Shown: piece by piece, positions 1 to 9,651 of the stretch
Layout of the letters: each line of letters starts with the position of its first letter
How positions within the stretch are numbered: position 1 is the stretch's first letter
NCBI RefSeq assembly: GCF_051105105.1
Contig: NZ_CP185339.1
Strand: one strand, 5' to 3'
DNA: 64,000 nt
From: Nannocystis pusilla
Lineage (GTDB): Bacteria > Myxococcota_A > Polyangia > Nannocystales > Nannocystaceae
Program-made: the position numbers and the translations under genes
The notes under the pieces: generated by a model
What the model saw: the letters and a program-made list of their open reading frames with translations, nothing else
The model's database searches: none
What the model was told of the DNA's origin: nothing

Positions 1-1658
1 AGTCGACGTTGTCGGCGTGTCGTGGATGGTCGCGCACCCCGACGGCGAGTCGGTGCTCGCGCTGGCCGGCGGCGCGAATGGGCGCGTCGTCGTGCGCGTG
101 TGGCCGGCGACCGGGCGCGTGGTCGAGGTGCTGGCGAGCGACCGCTTCGGCGAACACTTGTGTGCCGCCCTCTCGCCCGGCGGAGAGCGGCTGGTGTGGC
201 GCCGCGAGGGCACGCCGGTGGCGCTGTGCTCCGTCGATGCGATGACGGGCGCGCCCCTGGAAGAAGTGGCGCTGCCGCCGGAGATCGCAGGTGCGGGGTG
301 TTTGGCGGTGCGCCCGGACGGGGTGATGTATCTGCGTGGCGACGCGGTCGCGGCGATTCACCCCGGCGGAAAGATCGAGACGCTCGACGACTCGCCGTTC
401 TTCGGCGGCTTCGAGCCGTTCTTCGCCGACGCGCGCGGGCTATTGGGCGAGTCCGGGCAACGTGCCGCGTTCGTCGACGGTGCGATCGAACGCCTGGAGA
501 ACCTGCCCGAATGGGTCCGCGGCGGAACGATCGCGTACGACCGCAGCCGCGTCACCTTCTACGCGTCGCAGGGCGCGGTGCAGGTGTGGGACGTTCGAGG
601 AGCAGCGGGTGCAGTTCACGGCGCATCTGCAATCCGCGACCGGGCAGATGCCAGGCTGGACGGGCCAGGCCGCGGCAGCGAGCGCGACCCACGTCGCGGC
701 CATCGATCACGCGACCGCGGCGGTGCTGATCTGGCACGTCGACGATCCGAAGCGGCAGGTCGCGTCGTTGACCGACTACAGCCCAGGGGCTCAGCGCCTG
801 GCGGTCCGCGACGACGCGCTGACGCTGCAGAGATGCCAACCCGCCAACTCGATGCCGGCGGTGATGACGATCGCGCTAAGCAGCGGCGCGATGAAGCTGC
901 TGGAGCTGGACACCATCCACGACATCGCCGCCACCACGGACGGACAGCGCCTGCTCGTGTTCTACCAGCCCTACCCGCTGGGTTCGTTGAGGATCACCGA
1001 ATTCGACGCCGCCGGCGCGCCGGGCGAGTCGTTCGACGTCCAGAAAGGCGCGGGCGAGCTGGCGCTGGCGCCCGACGGCCGGACCTGGGGCGTCACGTCG
1101 TACAATCGACCCGCTTCGCGCGCGGTCGAGCCGACGACGCAGGCCCAGTGGCGCGCGTTCGGGGCGACGAAGTGGGCCAAGAACCTCAAGCTCAAGGGCT
1201 TCTGGTCGCGGATCGCCCTGTGCGACACAGCGGTGGTGATCGCCGTCGGCAAGGAGCTGGTCGTGGTCGCCCTCGCCAAGAACAAGACGCTGCTGACCCT
1301 GCAGCTTCCGACGATCGCCGTGAGCGTGGCGATCAGCCGCGACGGCGCGCGCGTGGGCGTGATCGGCGACGATCGCCCGCGGATCGTCGACGTGGCCACG
1401 GGGAGGATCGTCGAGCTGGCGCCGGAGCTGCACGGCGAGCCGGACCTCCACCGCTGCCTCTGCTTCGATGACGAGGGGCGCTGGCTGTTCATCGGCCACC
1501 CGGCGGGCCCGATCGTGCAGCACCGGGCGGCGGACGGCGCGACGCTGGCGACGCTGCGCTTCCACACGGATGCGGTCCGGGCGCTGACGTGGGCCGGCGG
1601 GGCGCTGTGGAGCAGCTCGGAGGACGGCACCATCATCCGCTGGGGCGATCTCGGCTGA
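1..1658 (+). CDS. WD40/beta-propeller repeat protein, 5'-truncated by window edge; +1 frameshift near 590-600 (frame of ORF 17.. switches to frame of ORF 336..)
   Basis: The upstream frame reads plausibly up to ...QGAVQVWD. Only the other frame reads plausibly from TFEEQRVQFTAHLQ... to the stop at 1658. The C-terminus has WD-like motifs (HTDAVRALTW...SSSEDGTIIRW). The open frame continues off the window start. Confidence 0.6.
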
Positions 1659-1685
1659 GTCTCCGGGTTTGAACGGGCATGCTCG

Positions 1686-1815
1686 ATGGGACATGCCCGA
1701 AAGGACATTTCGATACAGCATGACTGATGGAGCATGTCCGATGCGTCACGTCCGAGTCACCACATCCGCGCTTCGAGGCGGCCTCTTCTTCTTTCGAGGA
1801 CATGTCCGGCGCGGC
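1686..1815. repeat. intergenic array of 14-bp-periodic GGACATGYCC-core repeat units (convergent gene ends)
   Basis: Direct read: ggacatgcccgaaa/ggacatttcgatac/agcatgactgatgg/agcatgtccgatgc/... then gaggacatgtccgg at about 1797. Confidence 0.7.
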
Positions 1816-1847
1816 TTCATGCACGAATCAGCCTGAGGGGCGCGCTC

Positions 1848-2165
1848 TCACGAGAGGGACGCGAGCGCCGCGACGATCTCGGAGAGGTTCCGCTTCGGGC
1901 ACCGGACCACGGCCCCCTCTCGTCGCGAGTCGTTGCCGGCCTCGTGGAACAACACCACGATCGCTTGATACGCGTGATCGAGGACCTCGGAGCCGAGGCC
2001 GTCGGGCAGGACTTGATCGACCAGCACGACGTCATACCGCCGGGTCGTCAGCCGCCCCTGGGCCTCCGCGACGCTGGCCGCCAGCGTGACCTCGTGCTCG
2101 GCGAGAGACTGCTCGGCGAAGACGCGGACGAACGCTGGGTCGGCAGCGACGAACAGGACTCGCAT
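1848..2165 (-). CDS. single-domain response regulator (CheY-like receiver)
   Basis: 105 aa; MRVLFVAADP...YDVVLVDQVLPDG has receiver-domain acidic pocket and phospho-acceptor Asp context. Confidence 0.8.
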   Translation of the reverse strand: MRVLFVAADPAFVRVFAEQSLAEHEVTLAASVAEAQGRLTTRRYDVVLVDQVLPDGLGSEVLDHAYQAIVVLFHEAGNDSRREGAVVRCPKRNLSEIVAALASLS

Positions 2166-2206
2166 CCTGCGAGGCTAGCACTCCGACGCACGGCTCGCGT
2201 CGACCC

Positions 2207-2950
2207 CTAGCGGCCTGACAGGAAGCCGAGGCGCTGGAACAGCGGCTCGGGGGTGTGGCGGACGACGAACAGGATCGGGCGCCAGTACCACGGGACGAAC
2301 GCGACGACGGCCCGGCGGGCGATGGCGCGGTCGATATCACGGGCGGCGCGCTGCGGGGTGGCGAACAGGGCGTTCTTGGCGTGGCCGACGGTCATGGGCG
2401 TGTCGACCGGGCCGAGCTTGAGCGTGGTGACGCTGACGCCCGCGGGGTAGAGGCGGCTGCGCAGGCCCTGCAGGTAGACGTGCAGCGCCGCCTTGGCGGA
2501 GCCGTAGGTGTAGTTGCGCGGGCGGCCGCGCTCGCCGGCGACCGAGGTGATGACCGCGAGGGTGCCGCTGCGCTGGCGCTCGAGCACGCCCGCGAGCGGG
2601 ATCAGCACCGCGATCACCGAGAGGAAGTTGACTTGGACGATCCGCGCGGCCTCGGCGACGTCGTGCTCGCTGCGCTGCTGATCGCCGAGGTCGCCGTGGG
2701 CGACGAGGACGACGTTGACGCGGCCGCCGAGCGCGGCCACGGCCTCGTTCGCCAGCGCCTCGGCGCGCGCGAGGTCGGTGAAGTCGCCCGCCCCGGTGGT
2801 GACCTCGGCGCCGGCGCAGCGGGCGGCCACGGCCGCGAGCTTGTCGGGATCCCGGCCGACCAGGTGGAGCCGATCGCCGCGCGCGGCCCAGCGCGCGCAC
2901 ACCTCGGCGGCGATGGCGGAGGTGGCCCCGAAGACGATGATGTGGCGCAT
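2207..2950 (-). CDS. short-chain dehydrogenase/reductase (SDR) family oxidoreductase
   Basis: It is the C-terminal 247 aa of ORF 2207..4945, starting at MRHIIVFGATSAIAAE (Rossmann TGxxxGxG-like motif). YTYGSAKAAL contains the YxxxK catalytic motif. The upstream part of that ORF is a frame artefact over the kinase gene. Confidence 0.85.
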   Translation of the reverse strand: MRHIIVFGATSAIAAEVCARWAARGDRLHLVGRDPDKLAAVAARCAGAEVTTGAGDFTDLARAEALANEAVAALGGRVNVVLVAHGDLGDQQRSEHDVAEAARIVQVNFLSVIAVLIPLAGVLERQRSGTLAVITSVAGERGRPRNYTYGSAKAALHVYLQGLRSRLYPAGVSVTTLKLGPVDTPMTVGHAKNALFATPQRAARDIDRAIARRAVVAFVPWYWRPILFVVRHTPEPLFQRLGFLSGR

Positions 2951-3200
2951 CCGCGGAAGGTAGCGCGGCCCGGCCCGCGATGGCGAGAGGATGTTCGCGC
3001 CGGCGGTCGGCGGCTCGTGGCCTGGGCCGCTCGGGCAGGTCCGCGGCCGCCCGGCGCTCGCTGGCGGCTGCACCTGGCAGGCCGCGAGGCCGCGGCGAAC
3101 CTGCTCGTGACCCGCCGGCTGCGCATTCGGACATGCCCCCGACGACATGCTTCTAAAAGCATGGCGATTCGGACATGCTCGAACGAGCAGCCCGGTTCCC

Positions 3201-6093
3201 TCACCGCTTCGGCTGCGCCGACGCGGCGCCGCCGGGCGTGACGTTCTCGTCGCGCCAGGCGGCGGCCTCGGCGAGGTCGAGCGAGCCGGCGGGTCCCAGG
3301 GCGGTGAAGGTGGCGACGGCCTGCTCGACGAGCGCGCGCGCGCGGACGCGATCGCGCTCGGACAGCCACAGCGCGCGGGCCAGGCCGTACTCGGCGCGGC
3401 CGCGCAGGAGCGCGTGGACGTCGGTGCCGGCGCGGATGGCCAGGGCGCGTTCGAAGGCGGGGATGGCGGTCGCGTAGTCCTTGGCGTAGAGGCCCCACTC
3501 GCCCAGGCCCAGCAGCGAGCGCGCGACCTCGGCGTGGTCCTCGCCGAGGACGCGGCGGCGGATCGCCAGCGAGCGATCGATGACCGCGCGCGCCGGGTCG
3601 AGCTGGCCGGCCTCGAGGTACGACGCGGCGAGGTTGTCGAGCTGCGTGCACAGCTCGATGTGGTCGGGGCCGTGGCGGCGCTCGAGCGAGCGCACGACCG
3701 CCTCGAAGGCGGCGACGGCGTCGATGGAGCGGCGGGCGCGGGCCAGCGCCGCGGCGATGTTGCCCTGGAACACGACCACGAGCGGGTCGTCCTCGCCGCG
3801 GGTGCGGAGGATGATGTCGAGGCCGCGGCGCCAGGTCGCCAGCGCGGCGTCGAAGTCGGTGAGGACGAAGTAGAGGTTGCCCTCGTAGCGCAGGGCCGCG
3901 GCGACCTCGGGGTGCTCGGGGCCGAAGGCGCGCTCGAGGCGGGCGCGGCTGTCCGGAAGGACAGCCTTGGCGCGGTCGAACTCCTGGCGGGCCCACAGGG
4001 CGGTGCCGAACCACTGGCGGGCGCGCGCGGTGGCCGGGTTGTCGGCGCCGTGGAGGGCGTCGTAGGCGGCGACGCTGCGCTCGATGAGCGCCTCGGACTC
4101 GGCGTAGCGCCCGAGCGACCACAGCAGCTTGCTGCGGGCGAGGGCGAGCAAGGCGGCCGCGCCGTCGTCGGGGGCGCGGGTCTGGGCGGCGCCCGCGATC
4201 TCGAGCCAGACCTCGGCGTGGTCGAGGCGGCCGAGGGTGTTGAGGGTGTCGACGAGGGCGGCCGCGGCGTCGCGGGCGACCGCGTCCTGACGGCTGGCGG
4301 TGGCGGTGGTGAAGGCGGCGCGCAGGCTGGTCTCGGCCTCGGCGTCGCGCTGGACGAGCGCGAGCAAGCGGCCGCGTGCGAGCTGGGCCTCGGCGACCGC
4401 GGGGGCGTAGGCGGCGGCCTCGGCGGCGGCGACGGCCTGGTCGGCGCCGAGCAGGCCGGCCTCGTAGCGGCCGGTGTGCTCGAGCGCGGCGACGTTGGCG
4501 AGCGCGCGGCGGACGCCGTCGACGGCCAGCGCGGTGGCCGGATTGGCGGGCGGCGGCACCTCGGCGCGGAGCACCTCGACGTTGGCGCAGCGCTCGATCG
4601 GCGGCAGCGCGGCCACCGCGTCGACCGCCCGCTCGACCACGCCGGCGTCGGCGGCCACCAGCAGGTCGGTGACGGCCCTGACCTCATGGACATGTCGTGA
4701 AAGACAGGCCATGCGCAGGTCGAGCAGGTGCTCCGACTGCTCGCCGCGCGCGTGGGCCTCGCAGGCGTCGCGGTGCATGGCGACGATCGCCTCGGCGCGG
4801 GCATCGAGGCGGCCGGCCACGTGCGACCACGCCTCGTCGGCGAAGCCGAGCCCGCTGGCCTCGAAGGCGTCGGCGGCGGCGTCGCGGCGGGCCGGGTCCC
4901 ACACGCCGACCAGGCGCGCCTCGCCGCCGAGGCAGCGGCCCTCATCCTGGAGGCTCCACGCGGCCGCGGCCAGGCCGATCACCGCGCCGAGGCCGAGGCC
5001 GACCACGGCATGGCGCGCGCGCACCTGCGGGCCGGCGAGGTCGGCGAGCAGCGCGTCCATGCTCGGGTAGCGGGCGTCGGGGACGCGCGCGAGGCCGCGG
5101 GCGAGCACCCGGTAGAGCCGCTTGCCCACGCGCGGGCCGACCTGCACGCGCTCGGGCAGGTCGGCGACCAAGACCTGGTCGCGGAGCTCGTCGACGGTGG
5201 TGCCGGAGAACGGCCGCGAGCCCCACAGCGCCTCCCACAGCGCGACGCAGAAGCTGAACTGGTCGGTGCGGGCGTCGACCTGTCCGCCGAGCCATTGCTC
5301 CGGGGCCATGTACGCCGGGGTGCCGGCGAAGAAGACGGTGCGCTCGACGCCGACGTCGACGAGCTCGTCGCCGGCGGGCCGCTCGGCCTGCTCGGCGAGC
5401 GCGGCCAGGCCGAAGTCGACCACGCGGACGCGGCCCTCGAGGTCGACGAGGACGTTGCCGGGCTTGAAGTCGCGGTGCGTGAGGCCGACGCGGTGCGCCG
5501 CCGCCAGGCCGCGCCCGGCCTCCGAGAAGACGGTGAGGATGTCCTGCTGCGAGCGCTCGCGGTCCTCGAGCCAGGCCGACAGGGTGACGCCGCGGACGAA
5601 CTCCATGGCGATGAACAGCTCGTCGCCGATCGTGCCGGCCTCGTAGACCTGGACGACGTTGGGGTGCGACAGGCGGGCCAGCGCCTGCGCCTCGCGCAGC
5701 AGGCGGGCTTGCAGGCGCTCGTCCTGGCGGTGGTGCGAGCGCACGACCTTGATGGCGACGCGGCGCTCGAGCACCTCGTCGTAGCCCGAGAGGACGACGC
5801 CCATGCCGCCCTCGCCGAGCTCGCTCAGGATCGCGTAGCGGCCGATCCGGCGCGACTGGCGGATCAGCGAGTCTTCGAGCGGCGCCGCGGCGCCGCGCAG
5901 GCCGACACCCGAGGCCGCGTGGAGCGGCGTGCTGTCCCTTCGACCAGGTGCCGCGAGGGCCGTCTCTTCGATCGGGCTCGCGCGGGCCCGGGCGGTGACG
6001 TTCCAGCGCCGGCGACTTGGTGTCGGTAGTCGCGAGCAGGTCCGGGTCCGAGGGCCCGGAGCGCTTGTCGTCGGGCGAGTGGGCACCCACCAT
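3201..6093 (-). CDS. Ser/Thr protein kinase with C-terminal TPR repeats; N-terminus interrupted by +1 frameshift near 6000
   Basis: Kinase subdomains present (GEGGMGVV, AIKVV, HRDFKPGNVLV, DFGLA, GTPAYMAPEQ), then about 500 aa of TPR-like repeats. The kinase frame has no start codon between 5860 and 6000. The ATG at 6093 opens MVGAHSPDDKRSGPSDPDLL in the adjacent frame, which joins the kinase frame at GAACGTC around 6000. Confidence 0.8.
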
Positions 6094-6303
6094 GGAGGAC
6101 GGTACACGACCTGTGCCCGTGCGGCGAGGACGCTATCGCGCACGAGCGCGAGCGCCCCACCCCGCGTGCGCCGGGCCACGCGCGGACCTATGCCCGTCCC
6201 CGGCGGCCGGCGCACGAGATGTCTTTTCAGACAGGTCCGAGAGCCGACAGACGACCGCCCGGGCAGGTCGCCAGATCTGCCCGGGCGGTCCGGTGGGTGA
6301 GGA

Positions 6304-8145
6304 TTACTTGCAGGCCTTGGTGATGCCGACCTTGAGCTGGCAGATCGCGTCGCTGTAGGCGGCGGTGAACACGTCGCGGCGGACGCCGGTCTGGCTCTTG
6401 CCGAGGTCGTCGAGGTCGGGGCTCAGCTGCCCGAGCTTCTCGCGCAGGGTCGTCTCGGTGGTCCACAGCTCGGCGGCGGCGCGGCGGATCTCGACGTCCT
6501 CGTCGAAGGCGTTGAACACCGTGACGATCGGCTCCTTGTCGCCGCCGAGCGGCACGCCCGCCGACTTGACCGCGAGGTTGAAGCGGTCGGAGTCGAGCGC
6601 GAGCAGGACGTTGTAGTCATCACGCTTCGGGTAGAGCGCGCGGACGGCGTCGAGCTCGTTGTCGTCGAAGTCGCCCTCGCCGAGGTTGTTGTCGATCTCC
6701 CAGCGGAGGTCGTCTTCCTTGTTGATCATGCCGACGTTGTGGCAGCCCATGCACGACTTGCCGTTGCGGACCACGCCGTCCGGGGCGTTCTTGTCCTGCA
6801 CGATCTGGATCGGCGCGTCGTCGATGCGGACGCCGGCGGCGTCGACGATCATGTAGCCCTGGAGCCCGTTCGGCAGGCTGTAGATGATCTCGCTGCCGTC
6901 CTCGACGAAGTTGAACGGGTCGACGAACACGTTGGCGTCGCCGGCGTTGCTCTGGAAGTCGTAGCTGATCCAGTAGACGCGGTTGCTGGCGTTCGGGAAG
7001 TCGTGGCGCTCGATCACGCGGTGGTTCTCGGACACGCCCGACTCGTGGAACGCGGCGCGCGCGACCCGGTTCGGGTTGGTCTCGATCTCCTCGGTGACGT
7101 TGGCCTCCACGTCGATGCCGAAGCTCTGCTCGAGCTCGAAGCGGGTCCGCGGGATCCGCAGGATGTCGTGGTAGAGCGGCGGCTGCGCGGAGACCTCGAC
7201 GAACGCGTCGGCCTGCAGCAGGAAGAACTTGGTGTTGGTCGCCTGCTTCACGTCCTCGGCGCTGTCGCCGATGAACTCGATCGCGTACGGGTCCTTGTCG
7301 GCGATGAGCTCCCAGGTGTCGCGGAACTCCTCGACGAAGGTGTTGGTCTCGATGTCGAGCACGCGGCCCGGCGCGTCCCAGTCGTAGTCGCGGATGTCGA
7401 TGCGGAAGATCAGCTTGTCCGGATCGATCGCCACCGGCGGCACGACCTTGATCTCGTTCGACAGGCTGTTGGCCAGCTTCGACAGGGCGTGGCGGTAGAT
7501 CTCGATCTGGTCGTCGCACCAGCCGTAGTTGTAGAGGTGGACCAGGCTGAAGTAGCGGATGAAGGGCCGCGCGTCCGCCGAGATCTCCTGCGTGTTGAGG
7601 AGGTCGTTGCGGATCAGGTCGATCACCTGCGTGCGGGTCATCCACGGGTTCTCGCCGCACCCGGTCACGCCGGCGCACTCGGCGATCCACTGCTCGACCG
7701 CGCGGATGTCGTCCTCGGTCGGCCGCGGCTCCTGGCCCTCGGGCGGCATCGGCAGCATGGTCGCGGCCATGCGGCGATAGATCGCCGAGTTGTTCGGCTC
7801 GCCGGGCACGACCTTGCCGTTCGAGATCAGCGCGTCGAGGTTGGTGATGTAGTTGATGCTGCCGAGGGCCGCGCTGTCGGCCCCGTGACACTGCTTGCAG
7901 TTCTTGTCGAGGATGTTGAGGGTCTGCGCCGACAGCTCGCCGCAGTTGGCCTCGCCCTGCTCGCCGTCACCGCCGGTGCTGCTGCCGCCGTCAGTGCCGC
8001 CGCCGGCGGTCGAGCCCCCGGTGCCCTCGGTCTCGTCGCCGCTGTCGTTGCCCGGCAGGACGACGGTCTTGCAAGCGCCGCCCACCATCAGCGCGAGCGC
8101 TGCGGCGGAGATCAGCGGGATCGATGAGTAGAATCGTTGAGTCAT
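6304..8145 (-). CDS. secreted protein with two CXXCH haem-binding motifs, planctomycete-type cytochrome-c domain / DUF1592-like architecture
   Basis: 613 aa with an N-terminal signal or lipoprotein-like peptide. CKQCH near the N-terminus is followed by VVPGEPNNSAIYRRMAATMLPMPP, which is PSCyt1-like. A second CMGCH lies near the C-terminus. Confidence 0.75.
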   Translation of the reverse strand: MTQRFYSSIPLISAAALALMVGGACKTVVLPGNDSGDETEGTGGSTAGGGTDGGSSTGGDGEQGEANCGELSAQTLNILDKNCKQCHGADSAALGSINYITNLDALISNGKVVPGEPNNSAIYRRMAATMLPMPPEGQEPRPTEDDIRAVEQWIAECAGVTGCGENPWMTRTQVIDLIRNDLLNTQEISADARPFIRYFSLVHLYNYGWCDDQIEIYRHALSKLANSLSNEIKVVPPVAIDPDKLIFRIDIRDYDWDAPGRVLDIETNTFVEEFRDTWELIADKDPYAIEFIGDSAEDVKQATNTKFFLLQADAFVEVSAQPPLYHDILRIPRTRFELEQSFGIDVEANVTEEIETNPNRVARAAFHESGVSENHRVIERHDFPNASNRVYWISYDFQSNAGDANVFVDPFNFVEDGSEIIYSLPNGLQGYMIVDAAGVRIDDAPIQIVQDKNAPDGVVRNGKSCMGCHNVGMINKEDDLRWEIDNNLGEGDFDDNELDAVRALYPKRDDYNVLLALDSDRFNLAVKSAGVPLGGDKEPIVTVFNAFDEDVEIRRAAAELWTTETTLREKLGQLSPDLDDLGKSQTGVRRDVFTAAYSDAICQLKVGITKACK

Positions 8146-8239
8146 GGTCGAAGGTGCTCCTGGAACATGTGGCCCGTAGGACAGGTGGGGGATCGCGGGG
8201 CCCGGGCCGGGGCGACGATCGGCGGCCTCGGGCCAGGGG

Positions 8240-9238
8240 TCAGAAGCGCGCGGACAGGAACATGCCGCCGAAGGTCGGCGAGACGGCGGGCGCGACGCGG
8301 ACGCGCGAGAGCTGCTCCTGGCGCGCCTTCTTGAAGTCGGTCGCGCCGAGGGCGACCAGGGTGACGCCGAGCGCGACGCCGAGGACGCCGGCGACCGCGC
8401 CCGCGGCGGTCATCGTGTCGCCCTGCTTCTTCTGCGCCTCGAGCGGGGCGAGGTACTCGGGGTTGTTTCCGGCCTTGGGCAGCTCGCGGTCGGCCGACTT
8501 GCTGAGGTAGATGCCGCCGCCCATGACGCCGAGGGCCGCGAGGCCGCCGGCGAGGAAGATCGAGCCGGCGATCAGCTCGCCGCGGGCGTTACGACGGACC
8601 GGGTTGGTGCGCCGCACGAGGTCCGGCAGCGCGCTGTCGGCCGCGGTCCGCAGCTCGGTGCTCCACGCGTGCATCGTCTCGAGGTCGTCCGGGTTGACGC
8701 GGATGCCGTCGACCGCCCCGCCGCTGTTGGCGGCGAGCAGCGCGTCCGCGCGGTCGATGTGGCGCAAGCTGGCCTCCCACTCGGCCTTGGCCTGGTCGGC
8801 GCTGCGCTTGCGCGCGAGCTTCTGCCGGGCGTCGGCGGCCGCGAGGTGCAGCACCGGGTCGCGCAGGGCCTCGGCACCGCCGGCGAGCAGGCCGACGGCG
8901 CCCTCGAGGTTGCCGGCGTCGGACAGCTGCTGCGCCTGGTCCTGCAGCGGCGCGCGCTCGGCCTCGGCCTTCTCGACCTGGGCCTTGATCATCGCCTCGC
9001 GCGGCTGGGCCTTCGCGGCCTTCTTCTTGCCGCTCCCGCTCTTCTTCTTCGCGGGCCCGGGCGAATCGTCGAGGACGACGGTGTCGTCATCTGCGGCCGG
9101 CGCGGCCGACGATTCGGTCTTCCATCCATTCGTGGATTCCCCCGGCTGGCCGGCCCACGCGGGCGCCGGCATCGCCAGGGACAATGCGATCCCCACCATC
9201 AGGAGCGAACGGCGCCCCTGCGATCGTACTGTCGACAT
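8240..9238 (-). CDS. hypothetical secreted/membrane-anchored protein (Lys/Ala-rich, C-terminal TM segment)
   Basis: 332 aa ORF with a signal peptide (LLMVGIALSLAMPAPAWA) and a hydrophobic C-terminal segment. No recognisable domain. Confidence 0.6.
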   Translation of the reverse strand: MSTVRSQGRRSLLMVGIALSLAMPAPAWAGQPGESTNGWKTESSAAPAADDDTVVLDDSPGPAKKKSGSGKKKAAKAQPREAMIKAQVEKAEAERAPLQDQAQQLSDAGNLEGAVGLLAGGAEALRDPVLHLAAADARQKLARKRSADQAKAEWEASLRHIDRADALLAANSGGAVDGIRVNPDDLETMHAWSTELRTAADSALPDLVRRTNPVRRNARGELIAGSIFLAGGLAALGVMGGGIYLSKSADRELPKAGNNPEYLAPLEAQKKQGDTMTAAGAVAGVLGVALGVTLVALGATDFKKARQEQLSRVRVAPAVSPTFGGMFLSARF

Positions 9239-9651
9239 GTGCTCTCCTTGAGGGCCGCGGCCGCGTCATTGCGGCGCGCGGCGACGTTGCTGTCCTACAG
9301 GCCGGCCTTGTATGGGACATACAAGGCTGGCGACGGCCTGGGCGGACCGCGAGAAATAGGATTGGCCATCCTGGCCTAAAAGACAGCCTCCGTGGCAGAG
9401 CACCTTCCGTGGCGCACGGGCGGGAAGTCCGCGGCGACCGCGGGACCCGACCTGTCACTCGAGTAACGGCGCCCGCCCGATCGATCACCGCCCCCGACAG
9501 AAAATTCGCGAAAGCTGTGTAACAGGCGTATGACGGCGATTTTTCCGCCGCGGTGCGTGGTTGCCCGGGTCGCTGACGAGCCTTGGGGGCGAGAGACCGC
9601 CGCGCGAACGACTGCACATATTGCAGCCGCAGGTGGGCCTCATTCGATCAT

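Noticed and set aside
9612-9630. Sigma-54-like element CTGCACATATTGCAG
   Set aside because: The GC...GC spacing is 9 bp rather than the 12 bp of TGGCAC-N5-TTGCA, and the -24 GG is absent. It is probably coincidental.
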